Numbered from the stretch's first letter, positions 13,424-26,396 are shown. The stretch is 64,000 nucleotides of DNA from Octopus vulgaris (GCA_951406725.2 OX597827.1:42842001-42906000), one strand, 5' to 3'. Notes: generated from the sequence alone by a model not told the origin. Numbers and translations: made by a program.

Positions 13424-13582
13424 TTTTTACTCTTTTACTTGCTTCAGTCATTTTGACTGTAGCCATGCTGGAGCACTGCCTTCAGTCGACCAGATCGACC
13501 CCTGGACTTATTCTTTGTAAGCCTAGTACTTATTATATCGGTCTCTTTTGCCGAACCGCTAGGTTACTGGGACGTAAACACA
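13424..13582 (-). mobile_element. SINE A, 3' half
   Basis: Matches the family A tail. Confidence 0.8.
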
Positions 13583-13665
13583 CACAGACACACAAACATA
13601 CACACACACGCACACATACACACACACACACGCATATATACATGTGTGTGTGTGTATGTGTGTGT

Positions 13666-13916
13666 GTGGAGGCGCGTGGCTTAATGGTTAGGGTGTCAGC
13701 ATCATGATCGTAAGATTTTGGTTTCGATTCCTGGACCGGGCGACGCGTTGTGTTCTTGAGCAAAATACTTCATTTCACGTTGCTCTGCCAGTCCACTCAG
13801 CTGGCAAAAATGAATTACGCTGCGATGGACTGGCGACCCGTCCAGCTGGAGTACACATACGCCATTGAAACCGGGAAACCGGGCCCATGAGTCTGGCTAG
13901 ACTTTAAAAGAGCACA
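13666..13916 (+). mobile_element. SINE head C (CORE-like, ~250 bp, OR2-like) + tail 2
   Basis: A/B boxes; 'ttgtgttcttgagcaaaatacttcatttcac...ccactcagctggcaaaaatg' resembles the CORE domain. Confidence 0.8.
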
Positions 13917-14415
13917 TTTTTTACTGTTTCTACTTCACGGATTTTCACCAACCGCGTGGGTTTTCTGGAACGTAACACCCACGATTGTCGAGGGATTAAT
14001 GTATATCATTACTATATATCTACTAAGCTAACCTGCCGACTTTTGTTATTCCATATTGCAGGAGAAGGCTGCAACAGCACTTTGAATACAACCTGCAAAA
14101 CACTGCTGATTAAAAATCTATCCTGGTAACCAGCGTCTTGACAGAGACGAGCCTCAAAATTGTCCTTCACCTTTCCCAGAGTCCAGGCTTGTGACTTTCG
14201 TCTGTTCCCCAATCTGAAGGAGAACGTCGGGGAAAAGATGATGGAGGGCCGTGAATAAAAACCCTGGACACTTTTGGTTGTTCCCCAAGCTGAAGGAGAA
14301 CGTCAGGGACAGTCATTTTGAAAAAAAAAAAAACCGAAAAGATGTTGAAGCGCCATGAATAAGACCCTGGATACATTTTTGCCCGGTGTGCTAACTATTC
14401 GGCCAGCTCTCCGCC

Positions 14416-14489
<74 letters not shown>

Positions 14490-14500
14490 TAATAATAATA

Positions 14501-14672
14501 AATGCCTTGATGCAGTGCCAGGCTCTTGATATGAGATCACTATGTCGCGCGCACATGGTTGTAATGCATGTGCCTAGTGTACCCTTATCAGACGGGTAGT
14601 CATGATGGGTATACTGGGCTTCGTATATTTTACTCCAGTGTCACTTTGATGGCATGCACTGCTCTCTCACTC
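14501..14672. mobile_element. Internally deleted copy of the (AAT)n-embedded element
   Basis: First ~25 bp and last ~150 bp match the ends of 10864-11423. Confidence 0.75.
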
Positions 14673-14743
<71 letters not shown>

Positions 14744-15300
14744 CAACAACAACAATAGTACTTATTTCTTACATAAACACAAGGCTAGAGGTTTCTGAGA
14801 ATGGGGTTTATTTGCTTGAATCAATTCCAACACTTTACTATTCATTTGATCCAGGACGATTGAAAGACAAAGACGACTTGGGCTGAATTTGAACTCAGAA
14901 CGTAAAGACGGACGAAATGCCGCTAAACATTTCGCCCGGCGTGCTAACGATTCTGCCAGATCGCAGCCTTATTACACACAGATATAAACCACAAAATCTT
15001 ATATGGGCCCCACAAGGGCCAAATGGACCCTGGATGAGAACCGCCGCACTAAGCCATGGAAACGACGAAGACAAAGAAGTGGTTGAACGATCAATGTAGG
15101 GTATGTGAGGGTGAGAGTGGGGGGTGGGGGTGGAGTGTCAGAAAATGAAGTCGTAACTATCTCTGCTCCTTCCTGGCTTTTTTGGTAATTTAGGTGGGGG
15201 TTGGGTACCCAGATACATGTTGTACAACGCGGAATTGCTTCCTTTTGGGGAATAGGGGACGAATTACAATATTCTCTTGCTGACCTCAATTACAGTGACT

Positions 15301-15331
<31 letters not shown>

Positions 15332-15789
15332 AGAAACAGACAGACACAGAGAGAAAAAGGAGAATGGAAGTATCAGAAATAAAAGAGAGAAGAATGAAAG
15401 TAAGAGTGAAGGAGAGAGAAAGAAAGAGGAAGAGAGAGGGAGAGAGAGACAGAGGAGAAGGAGAGGGTAGAGAGGGAAAGAGAAGGGAGTAGGAGAGAAG
15501 AAGAGACAAAAATAAAAAAAAGAGGAGGATGAAAATTGGAAGGAATGAGAGAGAGAGAAAGAGAGAGAGAGAGAGATTAGTATTGATATTCTAAAAACTA
15601 TGTCAACACACATGACAGAAAACGACGCGTTTCAGTCAGGTGACATGATACCATGACGACGAGCAAATTTCCTCTGTGTGGTCGATCGACCGGCTAGAAA
15701 CAGCAGCCAAGTTTCCTTCAAATAGTACTGTACCGTCTTAGACAAGGGAAACTATGTTAGACGTAGCTCCAAGTGTGTGCAAGTCATGG

Positions 15790-15925
15790 AGGTGCCATTA
15801 AAAAGCAGACTAAGGTACATCTCGTGGCACAGCACATTCAGGTACATCTCGTGGCACAGCATACACAGGTACACCTTGTGGCACATTAGAGTGCTGTTCT
15901 ACAATCTCTCGTTTGGGAAACACTG
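15790..15925. mobile_element. hAT-type element end with 27 bp subterminal tandem repeats
   Basis: aggtaca..gtggcaca units start at 15813, 15840 and 15867; terminus tttgggaaacactg (reverse CAGTGTTTCCCAAA, a hAT/Charlie-like TIR). Confidence 0.6.
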
Positions 15926-16109
15926 AGTTTAAAAATAAGTTGGCATGGTTACAATTGAAGCGTACTTGATCATCGATCTTATATAAATGAATTAATAAAT
16001 GCATGAATAAATAAAAAAAATAAACAAATAAGGGGTGAATTCCAGAGCACCTGAAGGTTTTGCAGGGAAAATACTGGATGTAATGGTTAACAAAGAGCAG
16101 TGGGAGGGG

Positions 16110-16438
16110 AGACTTAGATTAGGCTTTTGACTTAAGTGTCCTCGCGTCATGCGATGCATGGGACAGTCTAAGTACTCCAGCGAGGGCGGTCAGCAATTAC
16201 TCTCAGGACATGGTTATTGTAAGTCTACCAGCTAAAGTTCCCTGTCGGTTGTTTGATGCCGATTCATCTATGGGCACGTCCCCGACGCCGTTTCCGCTGA
16301 GGGTTCCACTTAAGGACTTGGTTGGCGCTTCTGTTCGTCAGGAGTTTTGCGATATTTCACAGCCAAAACAGTTTAGATAGACACCGGGTGTTGATCTGGT
16401 TTTCTTTTGATCTGGTTGATGATGAAGTCGCCCCAGGG
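16110..16438 (-). mobile_element. RTE-type LINE 3' fragment, decayed
   Basis: Minus strand reads NRSANQVLKWNPQRKRRRGR...IADRPRW and ends in taagtc-like repeats. Confidence 0.65.
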
Positions 16439-16760
16439 GAGGAGAGAAGGATACAGTATGGGTAACGAGAGGACGAGATGCGTGTAGGCTGTGAGTGAAT
16501 TTGGTACGCAATTAACCAATTCCGAGAAGCAGAGGTCACGGTAATCGCAGCAGAAAAGGTGGGGTGAGAAAGCACATTTGTGGAACAGGCACTGCTGTCT
16601 TTTGGTCATGACCTCTTTCCAAAGCACTCGAGTCACCGTTCTTTGGATGCAGTCAAGGATAGCAGTGTGTGCAACTGAGCCACTCTCCCAGACGTGTGTC
16701 CTGTAATGCATTGTAACTTTCAGTTGGCCTTTATAACATGTTTGGTAGTTGTCGGTAGCT
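16439..16760 (-). mobile_element. CR1-group LINE ORF2 C-terminal fragment; its 3' end resumes at about 16020-16110
   Basis: YKGQLKVTMHYRTHVWESGSVAHTAILDCIQRTVTR resembles YKAQIRPxMEYCSHIW...LDRIQRRA; LWNS is encoded near 16040. Confidence 0.65.
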
Positions 16761-16946
16761 AAAGTACTTTCTGAAGAGGAAAACCAGTTCCCCTGATGCA
16801 GTTTTGGTTATTTTGATTATGTGCGTTTGCCAAAACGCCTAGCATTTGTAAAGATCTTACGCACATACACACACGCACATACTTACATGCACACACACAC
16901 ACGCACGCACACACACACACACACTTATGTATATATATATATATAT

Positions 16947-18476
16947 TAATGCTCGTTGCTTGGTTTTTCTTGGAGGGCTGGCCGTGATCTAGTAATCTCA
17001 AGATTAATCAGCCGAAATTACTACGATGATCCGGTTCTTGACTGAAGACTGAGGGTTTCGAATGTCCTGTCCGTGTTTATTGTGTCGTCTTCTAAGAGTT
17101 ATACGTTCTTGTCCATGTTGTATTTTTCTACATACCTTAACATATATTCCAGGCGCCCCGTACCCCCCTTAACATTTATGTGAGCACATATTCTTAATAA
17201 TTGGTACGACTCTCTGTTTGTCTCTCTCTCTCTCTCATTTTTACTTGATCTGTCCCCCTCTCTCTTTTTCTCTCTACTCATCCTCTTTTTCTCTTCTCTT
17301 TCCTCTGATTCTTTGGTCTAGTCTTCCACTACCCTCCTATTTCTTTGTCTCGCTCTGCACTCACAGGTCATTCTTCGACACCCATCCCTTCTCCTCTCTG
17401 ATTCCTTCTTTCTCTCTCTTCTCTCTCTTTGTTGCGTTTGTCCCTCCTCTCTCTCTCTTCCTTTGCTTCTCTTTCTTTTCTTTTCCCTCTTCTCTGTCAC
17501 GTGACTGTTGGCCGAAATCTGCCTTTCAGCCTCTGACCCTCGTTCTGTTAACATCGCTGTTTTTTCCATTGCGCCAGATAAAAAAAAAAAAAAAAAAAAA
17601 AAAATTTGTTTGCTTGTTATCAGTCGTAAGACACTGTTGTTTTCACCGTTAATGCTTCTGTATTTCATGTTTCTGTATTCCATTATTGTTTTTTGTTTTT
17701 TTATATCTGTCCCTTTTGCTGTCCTGGTGTTCGTATGCATTCGATCCTTCTTCCAGGAAATCTACGCTTCCAGCTTAGTTTTTCTAATGCTCGTTGCTTG
17801 GTTTTTCTTGGAGGGCTGGCCGTGATCTAGTAATCTCAAGATTAATCAGCCGAAATTACTACGATGATCCGGTTCTTGATTCCTTCTTTCTCTCTCTTCT
17901 CTCTCTTTGTTGCGTTTGTCCCTCCTCTCTCTCTCTCTTCCTTTGCTTCTCTTTCTTTTCTTTTCCCTCTTCTCTGTCACGTGACTGTTGGCCGAAATCT
18001 GCCTTTCAGCCTCTGACCCTCGTTCTGTTAACATCGCTGTTTTCGTCCGCCACTATAAAGGCTTTTTCCATTGCGCCAGAGAAAAAAAAAAAAAAAAAAA
18101 AAAAAATTTGTTTGCTTGTTATCAGTCGTAAGACACTGTTGTTTTCACCGTTAATGCTTCTGTATTTCATGTTTCTGTATTCCATTATTGTTTTTTGTTT
18201 TTTTATATCTGTCCCTTTTGCTGTCCTGGTGTTCGTATGCATTCGATCCTTCTTCCAGGAAATCTACGCTTCCAGCTTAGTTTTTCTAATGCTCGTTGCT
18301 TGGTTTTTCTTGGAGGGCTGGCCGTGATCTAGTAATCTCAAGATTAATCAGCCGAAATTACTACGATGATCCGGTTCTTGACTGAAGACTGAGGGTTTCG
18401 AATGTCCTGTCCGTGTTTATTGTGTCGTCTTCTAAGAGTTATACGTTCTTGTCCATGTTGTATTTTTCTACATACC

Positions 18477-18480
<4 letters not shown>
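16947..18480 (+). mobile_element. Non-autonomous element (family E) with identical 194 bp terminal direct repeats and an internal ~480 bp duplication, in (TA)n
   Basis: 16947-17140 equals 18287-18480; about 17399-17878 is repeated from 17877; no ORF; Penelope pseudo-LTR-like layout (inference). Confidence 0.75.
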
Positions 18481-18519
<39 letters not shown>

Positions 18520-18661
18520 GTGTGTGTATATATATGTATAGAGAGAGGGAGAGAGAGGGATGATAGGTAGGCAGATAGACAGAGAGTTAGACAGACAAAC
18601 AGACAGACAGACAGATACATACTTGTATATTTATCTATACATACATACATTCATACATACA

Positions 18662-18694
<33 letters not shown>

Positions 18695-18731
18695 TATTTC
18701 AGCCATCAGAATGAGGTCATGCTGGGTCCCG

Positions 18732-18766
<35 letters not shown>

Positions 18767-19465
18767 ATACACACAGAGACACACTCATACACGCTCATAT
18801 GTATATTTATATGAGAGAGAGAGAGGAATGGAAGAAAGAAAGAAAGAAAGAATTAAGTTTACTCGAAACCAAAGATCGACATCGCAATATAATCTGTTTC
18901 ATATAACCTCAAAGTAAAGCCAACTATTTGCCTCGAACTTCTACTGTCTTATCCGGAAACATTTCCCTCGGCGAATACTGAACTATTCAATCGGTAAAAC
19001 TTAAAAGTTAGCTACATGAGTAATATGGAGTATATTATCGTAACTAGAAAGCGTCCCAATACATTCAGTGCTCGTTCCATGCTAATGTATAAGCTCAGGA
19101 ACTCAGTTCCATAGACAGTTACGTTATTAATCTTGCCAATTTTGATTGTGGAAATTATAAAGTATGACTAAAACGCCATCTGCACCCCCGCTGGGCAATT
19201 TAATCAAAGCTGAATCAATCATCATTTAAGCTGCAGTTTGTGTCCCCATTGACATGGACTGCCCATCCATCACGATTCTGAGATGAGGGAGAAGATTCAA
19301 GAGACAGCATTTAAAACGTAAGCCCACCTTAAAATATAAGTAAAATAGGTACAGCGTTATCAAGTTTCAATGGTACTTGAAACACTCTACCATTAATAAA
19401 TTTAATATCTGATTTACATTGCACTTCAACAAAGGCATACCTTCTGCACATTTGCGTGACACCTG

Positions 19466-19514
<49 letters not shown>

Positions 19515-20037
19515 GCGGCTGCTGCCCCTAACCTCCACTTCCTTCGCTTCCTTATCCTCTTCATCCTCCTCCTCTTACTACTACCACAGCTACTGCTGCT
19601 GTTGCTCCTCCCCCTCCTCCTCTTACTACTACCACTACTATTGCTGCTGTTACTACTACTACTACTACTACTGCCGCTGCTGCTATTGCAGTGTTGCTGT
19701 TACACTACAAATGCTTCAGAGTATCAAGCCATTGGACCAGCCTGGAGCCAAGGCTGGCCAAGTGTCGTGCTGATGACAATTATTGAGACAGAAACACACG
19801 CCGACGACTCTTTATTTCCAGACGTCAAAAAAACCTGTTCTTTTCCTAACTATCATATTCGAAGGATTGTTGATTTTTGAGATTATCTCCCCTTCTCTAC
19901 AGGAGTTGAATTTAATTGCCATCTGGGACATATGACACATCCTCCAAAGGAGGGAAAAAAATTTGACAAATAAAGAATTTATGTTATATGGTATTTGATA
20001 TACCCGTGTATCTTAATTCTCTGTCTGTCTGTTTGTT

Positions 20038-20142
<105 letters not shown>

Positions 20143-20156
20143 AAACCAAGGATTTC

Positions 20157-20208
20157 TGAGCTGATGATAGAAATGTCGAGTTGACTAATCTTGAAACGTA
20201 CGTTCTCA
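20157..20208 (+). ncRNA. Type I hammerhead ribozyme motif
   Basis: tgag-CTGATGA-t-aga..gtc(gagtt)gac..tct-t-GAAAC-gtac-GTT-ctca; stem III palindrome ACGTACGT. Confidence 0.75.
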
Positions 20209-20524
20209 AATAACCTTTGCATTTGATTTTTTAATGTCTTTACCCCCATACTTTCGTGAGTTGAATTGAGCAAACACTATATGAGAGAGATTTTCTTTAA
20301 GTATTAGAAATAGTTTTAAAAAGTTTTTAGCTACTATTTCTAATGAGTTCAGTATGTGGCAAAGTAATTTATTTTACTAAGCCCTTTTATATAATGTAAT
20401 AATTTGAATTCGCCTTAAATGGTCCCTTTACATACTGAACACTTGGTGAAATTGATTAATAATTAATTAATTTTACCCTCAATTGTTGAAATTATATATA
20501 TATATATATATACACACATACATA

Positions 20525-21255
20525 TAAATGGAACAAAAGCGCAATAGAATGCAATAAAACATTCAGATAGATGATACGAGGCGGACATGAGAAACAATAA
20601 TTAGGACAGGCAAAAAAAAGACAGGTCATTCGAAGCCTTCTTTCATCAGTCAAGTCCCAGATGTCACGACCGTTTCGGGCAGTTACACTTGAGACGGTTC
20701 GATCTGGTTGCCCCCCAAAAAGTTAAAGCTAAAAGCATTATACCCCTTTGTAAGAAAGGTAGCTAATGTGTACGGCAACAATGACATAAAAACAGAGAAC
20801 ATGGTACAGAAAAAGACGAAAAAAGGAGGACATGATATATATATATATCGGCAACATCAACATTCTTTTTCTCTGCTGTAAGGCACAATATCTAACGCGC
20901 CAGCTGAATTCAATTCGTTTCCTAGTCGAAAGACGCCTGTTGTGATGTCCTGTTATTATTATTATTATTATTGCTGTTGTTTTTTCGTATTATTTTTGTA
21001 TTTATATTCGTGTAACATCGTCCGTTTTTCCCTCCTTGTTTCGTATACTTTCGAAGCCTTTTTCCAAGGAAACTAATGCTCTTAGCTTAGTTTTTCCTTG
21101 GGGCTGGCCAGATTGGAGCAATCTCAAGATTAATCAGCCGAAATTGCGAGGATGATCCGGTTCTTGCCTGAAGATTAAAGGCTTCGAATGACCCGTCCGT
21201 GTATTTTGTATCGTCTTCTGGACGTTTTGCGTTCTTGTCCCATTTTGTATATATA
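20525..21255. mobile_element. Two diverged family E fragments in inverted orientation
   Basis: About 20525-20835 (-) and 20860-21255 (+) share the ccagat..atctgg and ctganga..gaatgacc blocks. Confidence 0.65.
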
Positions 21256-22337
21256 ACCCAAAGTTTATGTCATACTAAGGACCTACATCACTAAACCAGA
21301 ATTCGATCTATGGTTAAGCTTTTTCAAGAACTCATTTCCGTTCATTCCCTCTCTTTCAATCTGTTTTTATGTGATAAATAAACTAGTTTAGAGCCATTTT
21401 GCGTCTTCTTCTAGCATGTGGCATTACCTGGTACTTGCCCTTGCTATAATTTTATAATTATATTTATAAAATTATATACTTTGTATACATGAATACATAC
21501 ATACATACATACATACATACATACATACACACATACGTACGTGAAGGAGCCTTGGATCTAGGTTAGAAACCGGTTATCTCTCTATCGGCAAGAAATCTTG
21601 AAATAAACTGAATAATGACATACATACATGCATACATGCAAACATAGGTATATATGCATGCTTGCAAATAAATATGTGCGTTTATATAGACATATACATA
21701 TAAAAATAAACATGCATATATGTATATATGTATGTGTATATATGTATCTATGCATGTATGCAAATTTGAATGTCTGTATATTGAAACAAACCGATGTATA
21801 TATATAGGTATTATAGAAATGCAAGTGTAATACTTACATTCAATAAACATATACACATCCATAAATACACAGAAACACACACACATGCATACATTCACAC
21901 ACAAACACATACACGCATGTATATATATATATATAAATACATATATATATGTATGCATGTATGTGTGTATACTTGTATATATATATATATATATACATGC
22001 ATATACACATATACACACCCGCATGTGTACATATACACATGCTTACTCACAAGCTAGCGTGGGAAACTTTGACCCGAATCTTCAATCTGACAGTTTAATA
22101 TTACAAATACTGTCTCAACTCGCGTTACATGTTGTTTTCTAGGACGATCTAAATAATATGTCGACCCGCAAAGTGACATCCAGTCACGTGACATCATCTT
22201 TGAAAACACCTCAGTAGATTTGGTGTTGCCTCTTTTTTTTTTTTTTCATTCCTGGCAGGTTGTATTGCTAAATATAACAGATCGCTGTTTACAATGAATG
22301 CCTCAAGAAGTAGCAATGCAAACTGCCCGTGCCTATC

Positions 22338-22396
<59 letters not shown>

Positions 22397-22432
22397 GTGT
22401 GCGTATGTGTGAGCGTGCGCCTGCCTGCATCA

Positions 22433-22537
<105 letters not shown>

Positions 22538-22665
22538 CATTTTTAGAGTCTGTCTGTCTGTCTGTCTTTATCTATCTATCTGCGTCTGTCTGTCTGTCTG
22601 ATCTATCTATCTATCTATCTAACTATCTATCTATCTATCTATCTATCTATCACCTCTTTCTCTCC

Positions 22666-22708
<43 letters not shown>

Positions 22709-22716
22709 CTCTCTTC

Positions 22717-22765
<49 letters not shown>

Positions 22766-22874
22766 GATACCCTAAATTATAATTTCAATAATAATTATTA
22801 TTACCTTTGAAGGTTTTTATTCCTATGTTGGCCACTTGATAGGATCGATATTTAATTTAAATTAACGATCTTAT

Positions 22875-22947
<73 letters not shown>

Positions 22948-23075
22948 ATCAGCAACAATTTAGATTCAAATGAATATGGTACTTAATTTAGATGCACCAG
23001 AATTTTGTATGGCATTACCCATAAAAATATGCGGGGTGATTATAATCAAAAATAAGCAACAAGAATGAATCCGGT

Positions 23076-23166
23076 AATTTAGTACAATTGTTTCATACTA
23101 CAACATTTTATTAAAAGCTGTAAATATTACAGCAAATTTAAGATACTGAGTAATCTTCAGCTAATT
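23076..23166 (-). ncRNA. Type I hammerhead ribozyme motif with long stem II insert
   Basis: Reverse strand: ttag-CTGAAGA-t-tact...agta-t-GAAAC-aatt-GTA-ctaa. Confidence 0.7.
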
Positions 23167-23350
23167 TATATAGGTTTTCCAATAATATAAAAGTTTTCAA
23201 GTTATAAGCAAAGTTTCGGTCAGTTAGCATCTGAACCACACGACCTCATGTTCCTAAAATTCATATCTACATCTTTATCTGTATATTTATCTTCCCTAAG
23301 TTGTTATTACTTGATTTGAAAACCTTTACGTTATTGGAAAACCTATATAA

Positions 23351-23438
23351 ATTAGCTGAAGATTACTCACCATCTTAAATCTGCTGTAATATTTACAGCT
23401 TTTAATAAAATGTTGTAGTATGAAACAATTGTACTAAA
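23351..23438 (+). ncRNA. Type I hammerhead ribozyme motif with long stem II insert
   Basis: ttag-CTGAAGA-t-tact...agta-t-GAAAC-aatt-GTA-ctaa. Confidence 0.7.
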
Positions 23439-23660
23439 CTACCGGATTCATTCTTGTTGCTTATTTTTTATTATATCTATATAAGATACACAGATACATA
23501 TATGTACGTGTATGTGTGAGCGTGTGTGTATGAGCACACGCGTATGCGGGGTGGGGTATGTGTAGGTAAGTAGGTATCAATATATATATATATATATATA
23601 TGCGTATATAATAATTAATTTTTCACTATTGAATTGATAAAAGGTGGGTATTTCCTAATT

Positions 23661-23698
<38 letters not shown>

Positions 23699-24060
23699 CG
23701 CAGTCTTGACTGTGTGGTATGTATGTAAACATACTCACTCATCCACACCCACACCCACACATATGACCACTGGTAATCTATTTATAAATACTTGCACCGG
23801 TGGATCTAGCCATGTTATTGTTTATAGTAGTGTTGCCATTGTTTAGGGCGCGGTAAGAGCGACGAGCACTTAGTGAACCAATGGTGATTGCAATGTTGAC
23901 GTGTGTATAAGTGTGTATAAGTGTGTGCTTGGCTATGCGTGCAAGTGCGTGTGTACATATACTTACACATACAGTCCATATCGATAGGCGCAGACACACA
24001 CACGTACACACACACACACACACATACACACACACACACAATCACACACTCACACTGACA

Positions 24061-24103
<43 letters not shown>

Positions 24104-24132
24104 GTTTAACGGAAGATATGTGTTCTGTATGC

Positions 24133-24185
<53 letters not shown>

Positions 24186-24342
24186 TATACATACAAATAT
24201 ACATATATATATATATATGCATATATATATATATATATATATATATGCATGTATATATATGCGTATATATATATGTATGTATATATATGCATATATATAT
24301 ATGTATATATGTATGTATATATATATATATATATATATATAA

Positions 24343-24373
<31 letters not shown>

Positions 24374-24719
24374 AAGGTAGCTACACGCACACACACACAT
24401 ATGTAGATATATATATATATTGATATATGTGTCTCTATAACTATATATTTACATATATGCGTGTATGTGTATGTGTGTGTATTTCTGTGCGTGTGCAAAC
24501 GTGTATGTAGATAAAACCATATACGTACACATGTTTGCGTACGCATATATGTATATACATGTGTGTGTGTGTGCGTGTGTGTGTGTGGTGCGTAGCGTGT
24601 GTGTGTGTGTATTGTGTGTATGCCTGTTGAGAGTGTGAATGTTGAATCTGTCTGCATACACATTCATACAAGAAGACGATACTCATTAACACAGCTTGTC
24701 ATAATCTTTCCATTTTCAA

Positions 24720-24767
<48 letters not shown>

Positions 24768-25250
24768 CCAGCGAAAGAGTGTGTGTGTGCGTGCATTTGT
24801 GCGTGTGAACGTGTATACCATGTACGCGTATTTTGTTTCCCTGGTAATTTCCTTAAATCCGAAATTAACTTTAATGGTAATTAACGCACACCTTTCTTCG
24901 TGTTTGCTTGTCCAAATTTATGGCACTGGCCACTTGGAGTTATCTCCCTTAGTTCCGATTGTTTCATTTATCGTCTATTTTTTGTTTGTTACAGTCATTA
25001 GATTGTGGCCATGATGGGACACCGCGTTGATAAAATTTTCAAGGCTGGCACCTATTCCATCGCTCACTTTTGCCAAACTGCTAAGTTACAGGGACATAAA
25101 CACATAAATACAGATTGTCAAACGGTCATGGAAACAAACATAGACATAGACGTATGTATATATATATATATATATCGCCATGTTGATTCGCTAGCTTCTG
25201 CACGCATTTTTTTTCTCTCCTTGTTTCTTTCCGTGTTTCTTTTCTGTGTA

Positions 25251-25288
25251 TCTTTCTGTTGAAGAGCGTAGTCTCGAAACGTAAAAGA
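25251..25288 (+). ncRNA. Minimal hammerhead-like motif (core variant CUGUUGA)
   Basis: tcttt-CTGTTGA-a-gag..ctc-GAAAC-GTA-aaaga; a related degenerate copy is at 13253-13288. Confidence 0.55.
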
Positions 25289-25384
25289 CTTGTTTTATTT
25301 ATATTCCTGAGCGCCATACTAATACAATTGTTTGTTTGTATTCCACCTGCCTTCGTCTTTTGTTTATTTTCATAAAACTTCCCG

Positions 25385-25429
<45 letters not shown>

Positions 25430-25575
25430 CAAAATAAGGTGATTAAAAACATCAGCTTATTTACAACTGTGATATTGTTGGTAAAACATGTTCTTTGTCT
25501 ATTTCCTTATCCTCTTGGTGATTTTGGATAAAATTATACTGTGTCCTTTTGATTTAATTAAATTCTATGTCTTTG

Positions 25576-25667
25576 TGCAGCTGAAGATTGCTCTACATTT
25601 TAAATTGATGTAATGAAATGATTGTATTGTTCTAGTAAATGGAGTCGCATGAAACGATCGTACTGCA
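25576..25667 (+). ncRNA. Type I hammerhead ribozyme motif (family F variant)
   Basis: tgcag-CTGAAGA-t-tgc...gca-t-GAAAC-gatc-GTA-ctgca; stem III palindrome ACGATCGT. Confidence 0.75.
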
Positions 25668-25780
25668 TTACCTCTGGATATCCTTGTTGCTTATTTTGAT
25701 TTTAATCACCTTATTTTGAAATTGTACGGATAATACTGTACTAAATTTTCGTGCCTCAACTTAAGTACCATATTCATCTG

Positions 25781-25853
<73 letters not shown>

Positions 25854-25924
25854 TATTTGTTACGTAACTAAATTCAGCTCGTTATAAAACATTTGTAGTC
25901 TGTATTTTATCTGTTCCACAACCT

Positions 25925-25961
<37 letters not shown>

Positions 25962-25970
<9 letters not shown>

Positions 25971-26190
25971 AAATCCGTTCTGTCTGTGTTTGTGTCTTCT
26001 AGGATCTCAGGCATCCTCCATCCGATTGCACTCAAATTTGAAATATAGATACCGACGGTATCAGGGCGTGTATAAGTTTTGAAAAAAATTACAAACATCG
26101 ATTCCAGGTGAGAATGCGATCGATAAAGCCCTGGGAACGTGCATTTGTACGCGCAAGTACACCAGCTGTTTCCACTATGTCAGCTAATAG
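25962..26190 (+). mobile_element. Possible non-autonomous Helitron-like 5' fragment
   Basis: tatatataaaa-...gtctgtgtttgt...ccgatt...aaatttg layout resembles Lep1-type Helitrons; judged by eye only. Confidence 0.35.
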
Positions 26191-26225
26191 GTCCCCCATA
26201 AGAAAGCCCGTCGTATATATTTATA

Positions 26226-26303
<78 letters not shown>

Positions 26304-26396
26304 ATCCAAACAAGAGAACATAGAAAAAAACACAGCAACGCGAGGACGTGGAACAATTAAAGTATTATTTGACGCTCAGGAAAGAAGGGAAGGAAG

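Larger units (their letters stand above)
13109..14003. mobile_element. Tigger/pogo-like MITE interrupted by nested insertions
   Basis: Ends TA-cagtaatccc and gggattaatg-TA form inverted termini. Confidence 0.6.
22945..23475. mobile_element. Family F Penelope-like fragment with ~140 bp inverted arms, each carrying a hammerhead motif
   Basis: 23049-23186 is the reverse complement of 23331-23468. Confidence 0.75.

Noticed and set aside
15813-15886. 27 bp repeats as a CRISPR-like array
   Set aside because: No unique spacers, eukaryotic context, and adjacent to a hAT-like terminus.
20340-20450. CTAATGA followed by a 10 bp inverted repeat gttcagtatg/catactgaac
   Set aside because: Core mismatch, and GAAA is not adjacent to the stem; not called as a ribozyme.
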